Source: Burkholderiaceae bacterium
GTDB lineage: Bacteria > Pseudomonadota > Gammaproteobacteria > Burkholderiales > Burkholderiaceae_C
Assembly: GCA_035716845.1 (NCBI GenBank)
Contig: DASTJE010000259.1
Location: forward strand, 2,638-66,637
Direction of reading: 5' to 3'
DNA: 64,000 bases
The notes below the pieces were generated by a model, which saw only the letters and a program-made list of their open reading frames with translations, was not told where the DNA came from and did no database searches. Positions 1 to 8,345 of this stretch are shown here, in pieces. Each line of letters starts with the position of its first letter. The first letter of the stretch is position 1. Both the position numbers and the translations under genes were made by a program.

Positions 1-405
1 GCAGCACCCGGCGCGCGGGCCCGCGATGTCGACGTGCGGTGGTCGGTCACGATCGGCGTGCCAGGGCTGGTGGTGCAGTCGGGCCCGGTGGTGGGCGTGC
101 CGGTGTACGGTGTGCCGGTGTATGGCGCACCGGTCTATGCGCCGCCGGTGATGGCCATGCCGGCACCGGTGTACGCGCCGGCGCCGATCGCCGTGATGGC
201 GCCCCCGGTGTACGGCCCGCCGCGCCATCGCCACCCCGGCCACGCCACGCCACGCGCCTGGGACCGCGACGGTGACGGCATTCCCAACCGCTACGACCCG
301 GTCTACAACCCGCGCTGGGATCGCGACGGCGACGGCATCCCCAACCGCCACGATCGCTACGACGACCGCTACGACAACCGCTACCGCGACGGCTGGCGCC
401 GCTGA
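1..405 (+). CDS. Small Pro/Val/Tyr-rich protein with two thrombospondin-type-3-like Ca-binding repeats. It is probably 5'-partial, because the frame is open back to base 1.
   Basis: The listed ORF is 34..405, but the same frame has no stop upstream to the window edge. It has PVYG/PVYA repeats followed by a duplicated WDRDGDGIPNR(Y/H)D motif of the DxDxDGxxDxxD type. Confidence 0.45.
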   Translation, partial: AAPGARARDVDVRWSVTIGVPGLVVQSGPVVGVPVYGVPVYGAPVYAPPVMAMPAPVYAPAPIAVMAPPVYGPPRHRHPGHATPRAWDRDGDGIPNRYDPVYNPRWDRDGDGIPNRHDRYDDRYDNRYRDGWRR

Positions 406-424
406 GGCGCTCGCGGCCAGCGGT

Positions 425-1387
425 TCAGCCGAAGCTGAGCTTCTGCGCCAGCACGAGTTCGGTCCAGCGCCGGGACTCTGCGGCCATGAAGGCGTCGAAC
501 TCCGCCGGGCTCGATCCCACCCACTCCAGGCCCTGCTGCGCCAGCGTCTGGCGCACTGCCGGCTGCGACAGCGCCTGCGTCACCGCCGCGTGCAGCGCCT
601 GCTGGCGTTCGGCGCCGATGCGCGCCGGCGCCAGGGCGCCGATCCAGGTCGAGACGTCGAAGTCCTTGACGCCTTGCTCCTGCAGGGTCGCGATGTCGGG
701 TACCACCGGGTAGCGCTTGGCCGAGGTCACGCCCAGCACCTTGACGCGGCCGCTCTTGACGTGCGGGCCGATCGCGACCCAGGAGCCCATGAAGAGCTGC
801 ACCTCGTCGTTCATCACCGCCTGCAGGGCCGGCACGCCGCCGCGGTAGGGGATGTGCACGATGTGCGTGCCGGTGCGCATCTTGAACAGCTCGGCCGCCA
901 GATGGTTGAGCGTGCCCAGCCCCGCGGACGAGACGTTGAGCGCGCCAGGCTTCTTCCTGGCCAGCGCGACGAACTCGCGCACGTTGTTCGCCGGCAGGCT
1001 GGCCGGCACCGCGAATACCAGCGGAAAGCTCAGCAGGCGCGAGATCGGCGTGAAGTCGTTCAGGCCGTAGGGCAGGTTCTGGTACACGAGCGGGTTGGTG
1101 ACGTGCGAGTCGAACACCAGCATCAGCGTGTTTGCGTCGCCCGCCTGACGCGCCACCGCCGCCGCCGCGATCGAGCCGGACGCTCCCGGCTTGTTCTCGA
1201 CCACCACGTTCTGCCGCAGCACCTTCGGCAGGTGTTCGCCGAGCAGGCGCGCCGTGAGGTCGACCGAACCGCCCGGCGGTACGGGTACCACCAGGTTGAG
1301 GTGGGCGGCCGCCACCCCCTGAGCCTGCGCCCACGACGACATCCCCAGGGCCCCGGTCAGGGCCAGCATCCGCCTGCGATCCATCAT
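425..1387 (-). CDS. Bug-family (TctC-like) tripartite tricarboxylate transporter substrate-binding protein
   Basis: It lies within ORF 425..1435. The start was taken at MMDRRRMLALTGALG..AQAQG, a Tat-like signal peptide. Length and sequence character are typical of Bug-family periplasmic receptors. Confidence 0.85.
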   Translation of the reverse strand: MMDRRRMLALTGALGMSSWAQAQGVAAAHLNLVVPVPPGGSVDLTARLLGEHLPKVLRQNVVVENKPGASGSIAAAAVARQAGDANTLMLVFDSHVTNPLVYQNLPYGLNDFTPISRLLSFPLVFAVPASLPANNVREFVALARKKPGALNVSSAGLGTLNHLAAELFKMRTGTHIVHIPYRGGVPALQAVMNDEVQLFMGSWVAIGPHVKSGRVKVLGVTSAKRYPVVPDIATLQEQGVKDFDVSTWIGALAPARIGAERQQALHAAVTQALSQPAVRQTLAQQGLEWVGSSPAEFDAFMAAESRRWTELVLAQKLSFG

Positions 1388-1442
1388 TGCTCCTTCACTG
1401 CGCCGACGCGGCAGTGTGTTGTACGACGCTGACAACTCGATG

Positions 1443-3761
1443 TCAGGCCGCGGTCACCCGCAGCACCTTCACGAACCCCTGCACCTTGTGGCCCTTGCGT
1501 GCGCGCCGGCCCTCGTGGCCTGCAAGCGCCGCGCCCTTGAGCACTTCGTCCTTGGCCCTGCCGCCGCGGCCCTGGCCCGACACGGCGAGCGCCTCGCCGC
1601 AGGTCGCCACCGACAGCAGCGGGTCCTTCGCATCGACGTCCATCAGCGTCAGGCCACGGCCGCCGTTGGCCTGACGCTTGAGCTCGGCCAGCGGGAACAC
1701 CAGCAGGCGCCCACCCACCGCCAGCGCCGCCACGCGCGCGTGCCCGGCGTGCACCACCGCCGGCGGCAGCACGTGCTCGCCCGCTTCCAGGGTCAGGAAG
1801 GACTTGCCGCCGCGCTGGCGCCCGACGAGGTCGCCCGCGTGCGCCAACAGGCCGAAGCCCCCGGTGTTGGCCAGCAGCAGCAGCGAGTCGGCCGCGCCCG
1901 CGAAGTAATGCGCCGGCTGCGTGCCGGGCTCGAGGTCGATGAAACTCGTGATCGGGGCGCCGTCACCGCGTCCGCCGGGCAGCTGGGCCACCGCCACGCT
2001 GTAGGCGCGGCCGTTGCTGCCCAGCACGACGAGCGTCTCGACGCTGCGGCAGGCGAATGCGCCGTACAGGCCGTCGCCGGCCTTGAAGGCGAGCGCCGCC
2101 GGGTCCACCTCGTGGCCCTTGAGCGAGCGCACCCACCCTTTCAGGCTCACCACCACGGTCACCGGCTCGTCCGGCACCTTCACCTCGGCCACCGCACGCC
2201 GTTCCTCCTGCAGCACGGTGCGCCGGTCGTCGCCATGGGCCCTGGCGTCGGCCTCGATCTCCTTGATGACGGTGCGCTTGAGCGCCGCCGCGCTGCCGAG
2301 GATGTCCTCCAGCTTGCCCTGCTCGTCGCGCAGCTCCTTGAGCTCCTGCTCGATGCGGATCGCCTCCAGACGCGCCAGCTGGCGCAAGCGGATCTCGAGG
2401 ATGTCCTCGGCCTGGCGGTCGCTCAGCGCGAAGCGCTGGATCAGCGCCGGCTTGGGCTCGTCGGCGCCGCGGATGATGCGGATCACCTCGTCGATGTTGA
2501 GCAGCACGAGCTGCCGCCCCTCGAGCACGTGGATGCGGTCGAGCACCTTGTCGAGCCGGTGGCGCGTGCGCCGCTGCACCGTGGCCTGGCGGAAGGCGAC
2601 CCACTCGGCGAGGATCTGGCGCAGGTGCTTCTGCACCGGCCGGCCGTCAAGGCCCACCATCGTCAGGTTGATCGGCGCACTGGTCTCCAGGCTGGTGTGC
2701 GCCAGCAGCGCGACGATGAACTCCTGCGGATCGACCGTGCGGCTACGCGGCTCGAACACCAGGCGCACCGGCGCGCTCTTGCTCGACTCGTCGCGCACGG
2801 TGTCGAGCAGGGCCAGCACGGTCTGCTTGAGCTGCGTCTGCTCCTGCGTGAGCGCCTTCTTGCCGGCCTTGACCTTCGGGTTGGTCAGTTCCTCGATCTC
2901 CTCGAGCACCTTCTGCGCGCTGGTGCCGGGCGGCAACTCGTGCACCACGAGCTGCCACTGTCCGCGCGCCAGGTCCTCGATGGTCCAGCGCGCACGCACC
3001 TTGAGGCTGCCGCGACCGCTGCGGTAGGCCTCGCGGATGTCCTCGACGGCGCTGATGACCTGCCCGCCGCCGGGAAAGTCCGGCCCGGGCAGCAGCGCGA
3101 AGAGCTCGTCGTCGCCCAGCCCGTCATTGCGGATCAGCGCCACCGCCGCCGCCGCCACCTCGCGCAGGTTGTGGCTCGGGATCTCGGTGGCCAGGCCGAC
3201 CGCGATGCCCGACGCGCCGTTGAGCAGCACGAAGGGCAGGCGCGCCGGCAACTGCCTGGGCTCGGTGGTGCTGCCGTCGTAGTTGGGGAGGTAGTCGACC
3301 GTGCCCTCGTCGATCTCGTCGAGCAGCAGGCGCGCGATCGGCGACAGGCGCGCCTCGGTGTAGCGCATCGCCGCCGCGCCGTCACCGTCGCGTGAGCCGA
3401 AGTTGCCCTGGCCGTCGACCAGCGGATAGCGCTGCGAGAAGTCCTGCGCCATGCGCACCAGCGCGTCGTAGGCCGCGGTGTCGCCGTGCGGGTGGTAGCG
3501 GCCCAGCACGTCACCCACCACGCGCGCGCTCTTGACCGGTTTGGCGCCGGAGGCGGCATTCCAGCCCAGCCCCATGCGCTGCATCGCGTACAGGATGCGC
3601 CGCTGCACCGGCTTCTGCCCGTCGCACACGTCGGGCAGCGCACGCCCCTTGACCACCGACAGTGCGTACTCGAGGTAGGCGCGCTCGGCATAGTCGGCCA
3701 GCGCGATCGCGTCCGAGGAGGGCGCGGCAAAGGGCAGTTCGGGGGTGAACAGGTCGGACAT
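1443..3761 (-). CDS. parC: DNA topoisomerase IV subunit A
   Basis: It lies within ORF 1443..4328. The real N-terminus is MSDLFTPE...[32 protein letters not shown] (ATG at 3761), giving about 772 aa. GyrA/ParC motifs are present ([16 protein letters not shown]). Confidence 0.95.
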   Translation of the reverse strand: MSDLFTPELPFAAPSSDAIALADYAERAYLEYALSVVKGRALPDVCDGQKPVQRRILYAMQRMGLGWNAASGAKPVKSARVVGDVLGRYHPHGDTAAYDALVRMAQDFSQRYPLVDGQGNFGSRDGDGAAAMRYTEARLSPIARLLLDEIDEGTVDYLPNYDGSTTEPRQLPARLPFVLLNGASGIAVGLATEIPSHNLREVAAAAVALIRNDGLGDDELFALLPGPDFPGGGQVISAVEDIREAYRSGRGSLKVRARWTIEDLARGQWQLVVHELPPGTSAQKVLEEIEELTNPKVKAGKKALTQEQTQLKQTVLALLDTVRDESSKSAPVRLVFEPRSRTVDPQEFIVALLAHTSLETSAPINLTMVGLDGRPVQKHLRQILAEWVAFRQATVQRRTRHRLDKVLDRIHVLEGRQLVLLNIDEVIRIIRGADEPKPALIQRFALSDRQAEDILEIRLRQLARLEAIRIEQELKELRDEQGKLEDILGSAAALKRTVIKEIEADARAHGDDRRTVLQEERRAVAEVKVPDEPVTVVVSLKGWVRSLKGHEVDPAALAFKAGDGLYGAFACRSVETLVVLGSNGRAYSVAVAQLPGGRGDGAPITSFIDLEPGTQPAHYFAGAADSLLLLANTGGFGLLAHAGDLVGRQRGGKSFLTLEAGEHVLPPAVVHAGHARVAALAVGGRLLVFPLAELKRQANGGRGLTLMDVDAKDPLLSVATCGEALAVSGQGRGGRAKDEVLKGAALAGHEGRRARKGHKVQGFVKVLRVTAA

Positions 3762-3924
3762 CGGATCGGGAACAGGGACGAAGACGGCGCGGCGCTGCCG
3801 CAGCAGGCGCTGCAGTGTAGCGACGCGTCCCCGGCGCCCCGCCAGGTTTGTCAATGCCGGGTAATCAGGTGCCGGCGCGCGCGCGGATGGGACACGATGG
3901 CGCTCTCCATCACGCACCGTCACC

Positions 3925-4695
3925 ATGCCTGCGTACCCCTTCGTGAAGCCGCTCGCGGCGCTGGCCCTCCTGGCGGCTCTCGCCGCTCCGGCTGCGGCCC
4001 AGAGCCTGCGCATCCTCACCGCCGGTGCCTTCAAGCAGGTCGTCGTCGCGCTGGTGCCGGTGTTCGAAGCGCAGACCGGTGTGCACGTCGAGGTGTCCAA
4101 CGACACGGCCGGCGCCCTGGTGCGCAGGGTGCAGGGCGGCGAGGCGTTCGACCTCATCGTGCTGCCGCCCGGCAGCCTCGAGACGCTGGCCAGGGACGGC
4201 AAGGTCGACGCGGCCAGCATGCGCCCCGTCGCGCGGGTGGCCATCGGCGTCGCGGTCAGGGCGGGCGCCGCGCGCCCGCCGCTGGAGACGGTGGAGCAGT
4301 TCAAGGAGGCCGTGCTCGCGGCGCGCAAGGTGGCCTACATCGATCCCGCGGCGGGCGGCTCGAGCGGCATCTACCTCAGCGGCCTGTTCCAGCGCCTGGG
4401 CATCGCCGACGCCGTGCAGGCAAAGGCGGTGCTGGTCCCTGGCGGCCTGGTCGCGGAACGGCTCGTCAGCGGCGAGGCCGACCTCGCGATCCACCAGATC
4501 AGCGAGATCCTGCCGGTCAAGGGGGCCGAGCTCGTCGGTCCCCTGCCCGCGGCAATCCAGAACCACACCACCTATGCGGTCGGCATCGCGCGTGCGCCGC
4601 GCCACGAGGCCGCGGCACTGGCCTTCGCCGCGGCACTCACCGGCCCCGAGACCGCGCAGATCCTGCGTGCCACCGGCATGACGCCGGCGCGCTGA
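3925..4695 (+). CDS. Periplasmic substrate-binding protein, ModA-like (molybdate/tungstate-binding fold), orphan with no adjacent permease or ATPase
   Basis: ORF 3925..4695. It has a signal peptide ([12 protein letters not shown]) and a ModA-like core ([30 protein letters not shown]). Confidence 0.7.
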   Translation: MPAYPFVKPLAALALLAALAAPAAAQSLRILTAGAFKQVVVALVPVFEAQTGVHVEVSNDTAGALVRRVQGGEAFDLIVLPPGSLETLARDGKVDAASMRPVARVAIGVAVRAGAARPPLETVEQFKEAVLAARKVAYIDPAAGGSSGIYLSGLFQRLGIADAVQAKAVLVPGGLVAERLVSGEADLAIHQISEILPVKGAELVGPLPAAIQNHTTYAVGIARAPRHEAAALAFAAALTGPETAQILRATGMTPAR

Positions 4696-4739
4696 GCAGG
4701 CCGGGGCGCACGCGCCAGCCGGGCCGCGACAATCGTGCC

Positions 4740-5987
4740 GTGACCCCGACGCCGACGCACGCCCCCGACTCGCGCTACGCCTGGCTGCGCCTTTCGATCG
4801 CCCTGCTGCTGATGACGATCGGCAGCGGCGCGATGTACGTGATCCCGGTCGTGCTGCCGGTGGTGCAGTCCGAGTTCGGCGCCGCGCGCGCCGACGCCTC
4901 GCTGCCCTACACGCTGATGATGCTGGGCTTCGGCCTGGGCGGCGTGGCAATGGGCAAGGCAGCGGACCGCTTCGGCGTGATGCCGGTGGTGCTGCTGGGG
5001 GCCTGCGGCCTGGGCAGCGGCTTCGTGCTGGCGGGATTGGCCGGCAACCTCCTCGTGTTCGCGCTGCTGCATGGCCTGCTGCTGGGCGCGCTCGGCAGCT
5101 CGGCCACCTTCGCCCCGCTGGTGGCCGACACTTCGCAGTGGTTCGTGCGCCGGCGCGGCATCGCGGTGGCCGTGTGCGCCAGCGGCAATTACCTCGCGGG
5201 GGCGGTGTGGCCGCCCGTCGTGCAGCACTTCGTCGAGAGCGCGGGCTGGCGTGCCACCTATGTCGGCCTGGGGGTGTTCTGCGTGCTGACGATGCCCCTG
5301 CTGGCCTGGGGCCTGCGCGCACGGCCCCCGGCCGCGGCCGTCGCGGCGGCCACCGGCGCGGCAGCATCGTCCTCGACGAGCGCGCTCACGCGGCCGTTCG
5401 GCCTGTCGACGGGCACGGCACAGACGCTGCTGTGCATCGCCGGCGTGGCCTGCTGCGTGGCGATGTCGATGCCGCAGGTGCACATCGTGGCCTACTGCGG
5501 CGACCTCGGCTATGGGGCGGCGCGCGGCGCCGAGATGCTGAGCCTGATGCTGGCCTGCGGGATCGTCAGCCGCCTGGTCTCGGGCTGGATCTGCGACCGC
5601 ATCGGCGGCCTGCGCACCCTGGTGCTCGGCTCGACGCTGCAGGGCCTCGCCCTGCTGCTCTTCCTGCCCTTCGACGGCCTCGCCTCGCTGTACGTGATCT
5701 CCGCGCTGTTCGGCCTGTTCCAGGGCGGCATCGTGCCGAGCTACGCGATCATCGTGCGCGAGCACTTCCCGGCGGCCCAGGCCGGCGGGCGCGTCGCGGT
5801 GGTGCTCACCGCGACCTTGTTCGGCATGGCGTTGGGCGGCTGGATGTCGGGCAAGGTGTTCGACCTCACCGGCTCCTACCACGCCGCATTCGTCAACGGC
5901 ATCGGCTGGAACCTGCTGAACCTCGCGATCGCCGGCTTCCTGCTGTGGCGGGTGCGCCGCACAAGCCGCCCCACCACGGCCGCTTAG
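4740..5987 (+). CDS. MFS transporter
   Basis: This is the C-terminal 415 codons of ORF 3486..5987, with an in-frame GTG at 4740. The product is hydrophobic with about 12 TM-like segments, and the upstream part of the ORF is Arg-rich junk. Confidence 0.8.
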   Translation: MTPTPTHAPDSRYAWLRLSIALLLMTIGSGAMYVIPVVLPVVQSEFGAARADASLPYTLMMLGFGLGGVAMGKAADRFGVMPVVLLGACGLGSGFVLAGLAGNLLVFALLHGLLLGALGSSATFAPLVADTSQWFVRRRGIAVAVCASGNYLAGAVWPPVVQHFVESAGWRATYVGLGVFCVLTMPLLAWGLRARPPAAAVAAATGAAASSSTSALTRPFGLSTGTAQTLLCIAGVACCVAMSMPQVHIVAYCGDLGYGAARGAEMLSLMLACGIVSRLVSGWICDRIGGLRTLVLGSTLQGLALLLFLPFDGLASLYVISALFGLFQGGIVPSYAIIVREHFPAAQAGGRVAVVLTATLFGMALGGWMSGKVFDLTGSYHAAFVNGIGWNLLNLAIAGFLLWRVRRTSRPTTAA

Positions 5988-7138
5988 GCCGCCGCGCGCT
6001 CGCCCAGCGCGATGTCGGCCATCAGCGTGCGCGCCAGCTCGCCCAGCTCCGCGCGCAGCACGTCCAGGTCGAGCGCCGCCGGCACCAGCAGGTGGGCGTG
6101 GACCTTGAAGCGCGCCTTCTCGGCAGCGTCGCCGGGCAGCGTCTCGGTGTTGAGGCGTTCGATGCTGATCCCGCGGTCGGCCAGTACGCGGGTGACGTCG
6201 GCCACGATGCCCACGCGGTCGTCGGCGACGAACTCGAAGTCGAACGCCCGCCATCCCGCCGGCGCGCCGCCGCGGCCCTCGCTGGTGGCCACCGCCACCT
6301 TGAGGCCGGTGGACTCCAGCCCGCGCAGTGCCGCCTCCAGCGCGCCGGCCTGCTCGCGCGGCACCTCGAGGTGCACCATGCCGGCGAACTCGCCGGCAAA
6401 GCGCGCCATGTGGCTGACGGTCCAGCTCGCGCCGTAGCGCTGGGCGCGGTCCGACAGCGAGCGCACGATGCCCGGGCGGTCCGGGCCCATCACGGTGGCC
6501 ACGAGCGAGGTGTGCGCCGGCGAGGCGTCCTCCGTCAGCACCACCGCCTTGCGCAGCATCGGCGCCTTGGTGGCGAAGCGCGGGTCCTGCACGCGGGCCG
6601 GCAGCTCGCCGTGATCGCGCGCATGGCGCACCACCTGCGCCAGCAGGCGCAGGCCCATCGGCGCGAGTTCGCGCTCCCACAGCGTGCGCGCGTTGTCGTC
6701 GCGTGCCACGAAGCACCAGTCCTGGGCCGCGATGGCGCCGGCATCCCAACCGTCGGCCAGGTGGTACACCGAGCCGCCGGCGATCGGGTCGCCCTCCAGG
6801 ATCGTCCATTCCACCGCCGCGATGCCGCGGTGGCGCGGCAGCAGCGACGGGTGATAGCCGACGCCGCGCAGGCGCGAGCGGTCCAGCGCCTCGTTGCTGA
6901 TGCGCGCGTGGGTGTGCGCGGCGACGATCAGGTCGGTGCCATCGGGCACGGCCTCGCCCGGCACGATCTTCGGGTTCACCTGCACGTGCACCGGGACGCC
7001 CGCCGCACGCGCCGCGTTGGCCAGCCGGTCGTCGGCCGTGGGCACCACCACGCCCACGATCTGCACGCCCGCCTCCTGGCGCAGCGCCTCGAATGCCGTC
7101 GCGCCGAAGTAGCGCGACCCCACGATGGTCAGCTTCAT
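5984..7138 (-). CDS. Formyltransferase-domain protein fused to two C-terminal ACT (GcvR-like) domains
   Basis: It lies within ORF 5984..7630, starting at MKLTIVGSRYFG (ATG at 7138). The HPSLLPRHRG motif and WDAG Asp mark an Fmt/GART-type N-domain. The C-terminal half carries two GPDRPGIV / DRVGIV ACT signatures. Confidence 0.75.
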   Translation of the reverse strand: MKLTIVGSRYFGATAFEALRQEAGVQIVGVVVPTADDRLANAARAAGVPVHVQVNPKIVPGEAVPDGTDLIVAAHTHARISNEALDRSRLRGVGYHPSLLPRHRGIAAVEWTILEGDPIAGGSVYHLADGWDAGAIAAQDWCFVARDDNARTLWERELAPMGLRLLAQVVRHARDHGELPARVQDPRFATKAPMLRKAVVLTEDASPAHTSLVATVMGPDRPGIVRSLSDRAQRYGASWTVSHMARFAGEFAGMVHLEVPREQAGALEAALRGLESTGLKVAVATSEGRGGAPAGWRAFDFEFVADDRVGIVADVTRVLADRGISIERLNTETLPGDAAEKARFKVHAHLLVPAALDLDVLRAELGELARTLMADIALGERAAA

Positions 7139-7217
7139 CCTTGCCCTCGCCCCGGCGCCGCTGCGGCGCCCACCACGGCATTGTCCGGCACGAGGCCGGC
7201 GGCATCGGCCGGCCGGC

Positions 7218-8210
7218 TCAATGCGGCCTGTCGTACATGGCCACGGCCCGCCGCAGCCGCTCCCGCACCTCGGTCGCAAGGGCCGCCGGCGCCGCCACGC
7301 GCACCTGCTCGCCGTGGCGCAGGATGTCCATCGCCAGCTCGGTGGCGTCGGCGTAGGGCACGCGCAGCGTGAGCGAGCCGTCGGCGTGAAGCTTCTGCTC
7401 CTGCTGCGGGTGCCACTGCTCGTGCCGCACCCACTGCGCCGCCTCGGGCGTGAACTCGAGCGTCGCCCACTGCACGCGCGCGCCGCTGAACGCGCCGTAG
7501 CCGGCGTCGAGCTCGGCCTCGATGGTCCTGGGCGCCACGTCCTTGGCGCGCGGCGAGGACACCAGGTCCGCCTCGCGGATGGCGTCGAGCGCGAAACGCC
7601 GCAGCGCGTCGGTGGCGTGGCACCAGGCATCGAGGTACCAGGTGTTGCGCCAGTGCACGAGTCGCTGCGGGCTCACGGTGCGCTCGGTCATCTCGCGCCG
7701 GCTGCGCACCCAGTAGTGCAGGTGCACGCGCTGGCGCCGCGTCAGCGCGCCGCCGATGAGCTCGAAGTGCCGGGGCGCCACCGCGCGCCGTGCCGGCGCC
7801 ATCACCTTGATGCGCCGCGTCAGCTCGCGCGCCTGCTCATCGCTGGTGCCGAGCATGCCGTTGAGCTTGTCGAGCAGGGGCTGCAGGTGGCGCGCCAGCA
7901 CGCCGCCCTCGTCGAGGCCGCCGATCAGCTGGTGCATCGTCAGCAGCGCGTGGATCTCGCGCTCGGAGAACCAGAGGCCGGGCAGTTCGTGCCTGACCTG
8001 GCGGGCGTCGCGCGCATCGGGACGGAAGGCGTAGCCGTTGGCGAAACGGTCGTAGACGATGGGCGCATCCAGGCGTTCGCGCAGGTATTCGAGGTCGCGC
8101 TTGAGCGTGGCGCGCGACACGCCGAGCTCGTCCATCAGCACGGCGAAGGGCACGCTGCCCCGCGTGCGGATCAGCAGTTCGATCTTGTAGAAGCGCTCGG
8201 TGCGGTCCAT
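7218..8210 (-). CDS. WYL-domain transcriptional regulator (YafY/PafBC-like: HTH + WYL + C-terminal extension)
   Basis: ORF 7218..8210. The N-terminal HTH is FYKIELLIRTRGSVPFAVLMDELGVSRATLKRDLEYLRE. The central region (HLHYW...RTVSPQRLVHWRNTWYLDAWC) is the WYL signature. Confidence 0.85.
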   Translation of the reverse strand: MDRTERFYKIELLIRTRGSVPFAVLMDELGVSRATLKRDLEYLRERLDAPIVYDRFANGYAFRPDARDARQVRHELPGLWFSEREIHALLTMHQLIGGLDEGGVLARHLQPLLDKLNGMLGTSDEQARELTRRIKVMAPARRAVAPRHFELIGGALTRRQRVHLHYWVRSRREMTERTVSPQRLVHWRNTWYLDAWCHATDALRRFALDAIREADLVSSPRAKDVAPRTIEAELDAGYGAFSGARVQWATLEFTPEAAQWVRHEQWHPQQEQKLHADGSLTLRVPYADATELAMDILRHGEQVRVAAPAALATEVRERLRRAVAMYDRPH

Positions 8211-8223
8211 GCGACACCCCCTG

Positions 8224-8246
8224 GGTGGCTCATCAGATGAGCCACC
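8224..8246. promoter_or_regulatory. Perfect 10-3-10 palindrome GGTGGCTCAT-CAG-ATGAGCCACC, a candidate operator
   Basis: Read directly from the sequence. It lies 14 bp upstream of the WYL regulator start codon, in the divergent intergenic region. Confidence 0.5.
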
Positions 8247-8270
8247 ATGCTAACCGATCGGGCTTTGGGT

Positions 8271-8287
8271 GGCTCATTCGATGAGCC
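8271..8287. promoter_or_regulatory. Second copy of the palindrome core, GGCTCAT-TCG-ATGAGCC, a candidate operator
   Basis: Read directly from the sequence. It shares GGGTGGCTCAT with the first site, and the two centres are 44 bp apart. Confidence 0.5.
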
Positions 8288-8345
8288 TGTCGACGCCGAT
8301 CCTGGAGCTGCCGGGGTCGTCCCGGCGCCTGCCAGGAGCGCCTGC

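Noticed and set aside
1416-3395. A 659-aa plus-strand ORF, with similar long ORFs at 272..1432, 4572..7205, 5138..7372, 14501..16654, 22372..23640, 35364..37577, 37453..39159, 42599..44689, 49408..51684 and 57371..59191
   Set aside because: All lie antisense or out of frame to genes with clear conserved motifs. Their translations are dominated by Arg/Ala/Gly/Pro/His runs, which is typical of non-coding frames in ~70% GC DNA. No recognisable motifs are present.
8247-8345. The upstream ATG (8247) as start of the hypothetical protein
   Set aside because: It would add an unstructured MLTDRALGGSFDEPVDADPG... extension and place the second operator palindrome, and part of the first, in coding sequence. 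The ATG at 8346 leaves a normal 135-bp divergent promoter region.
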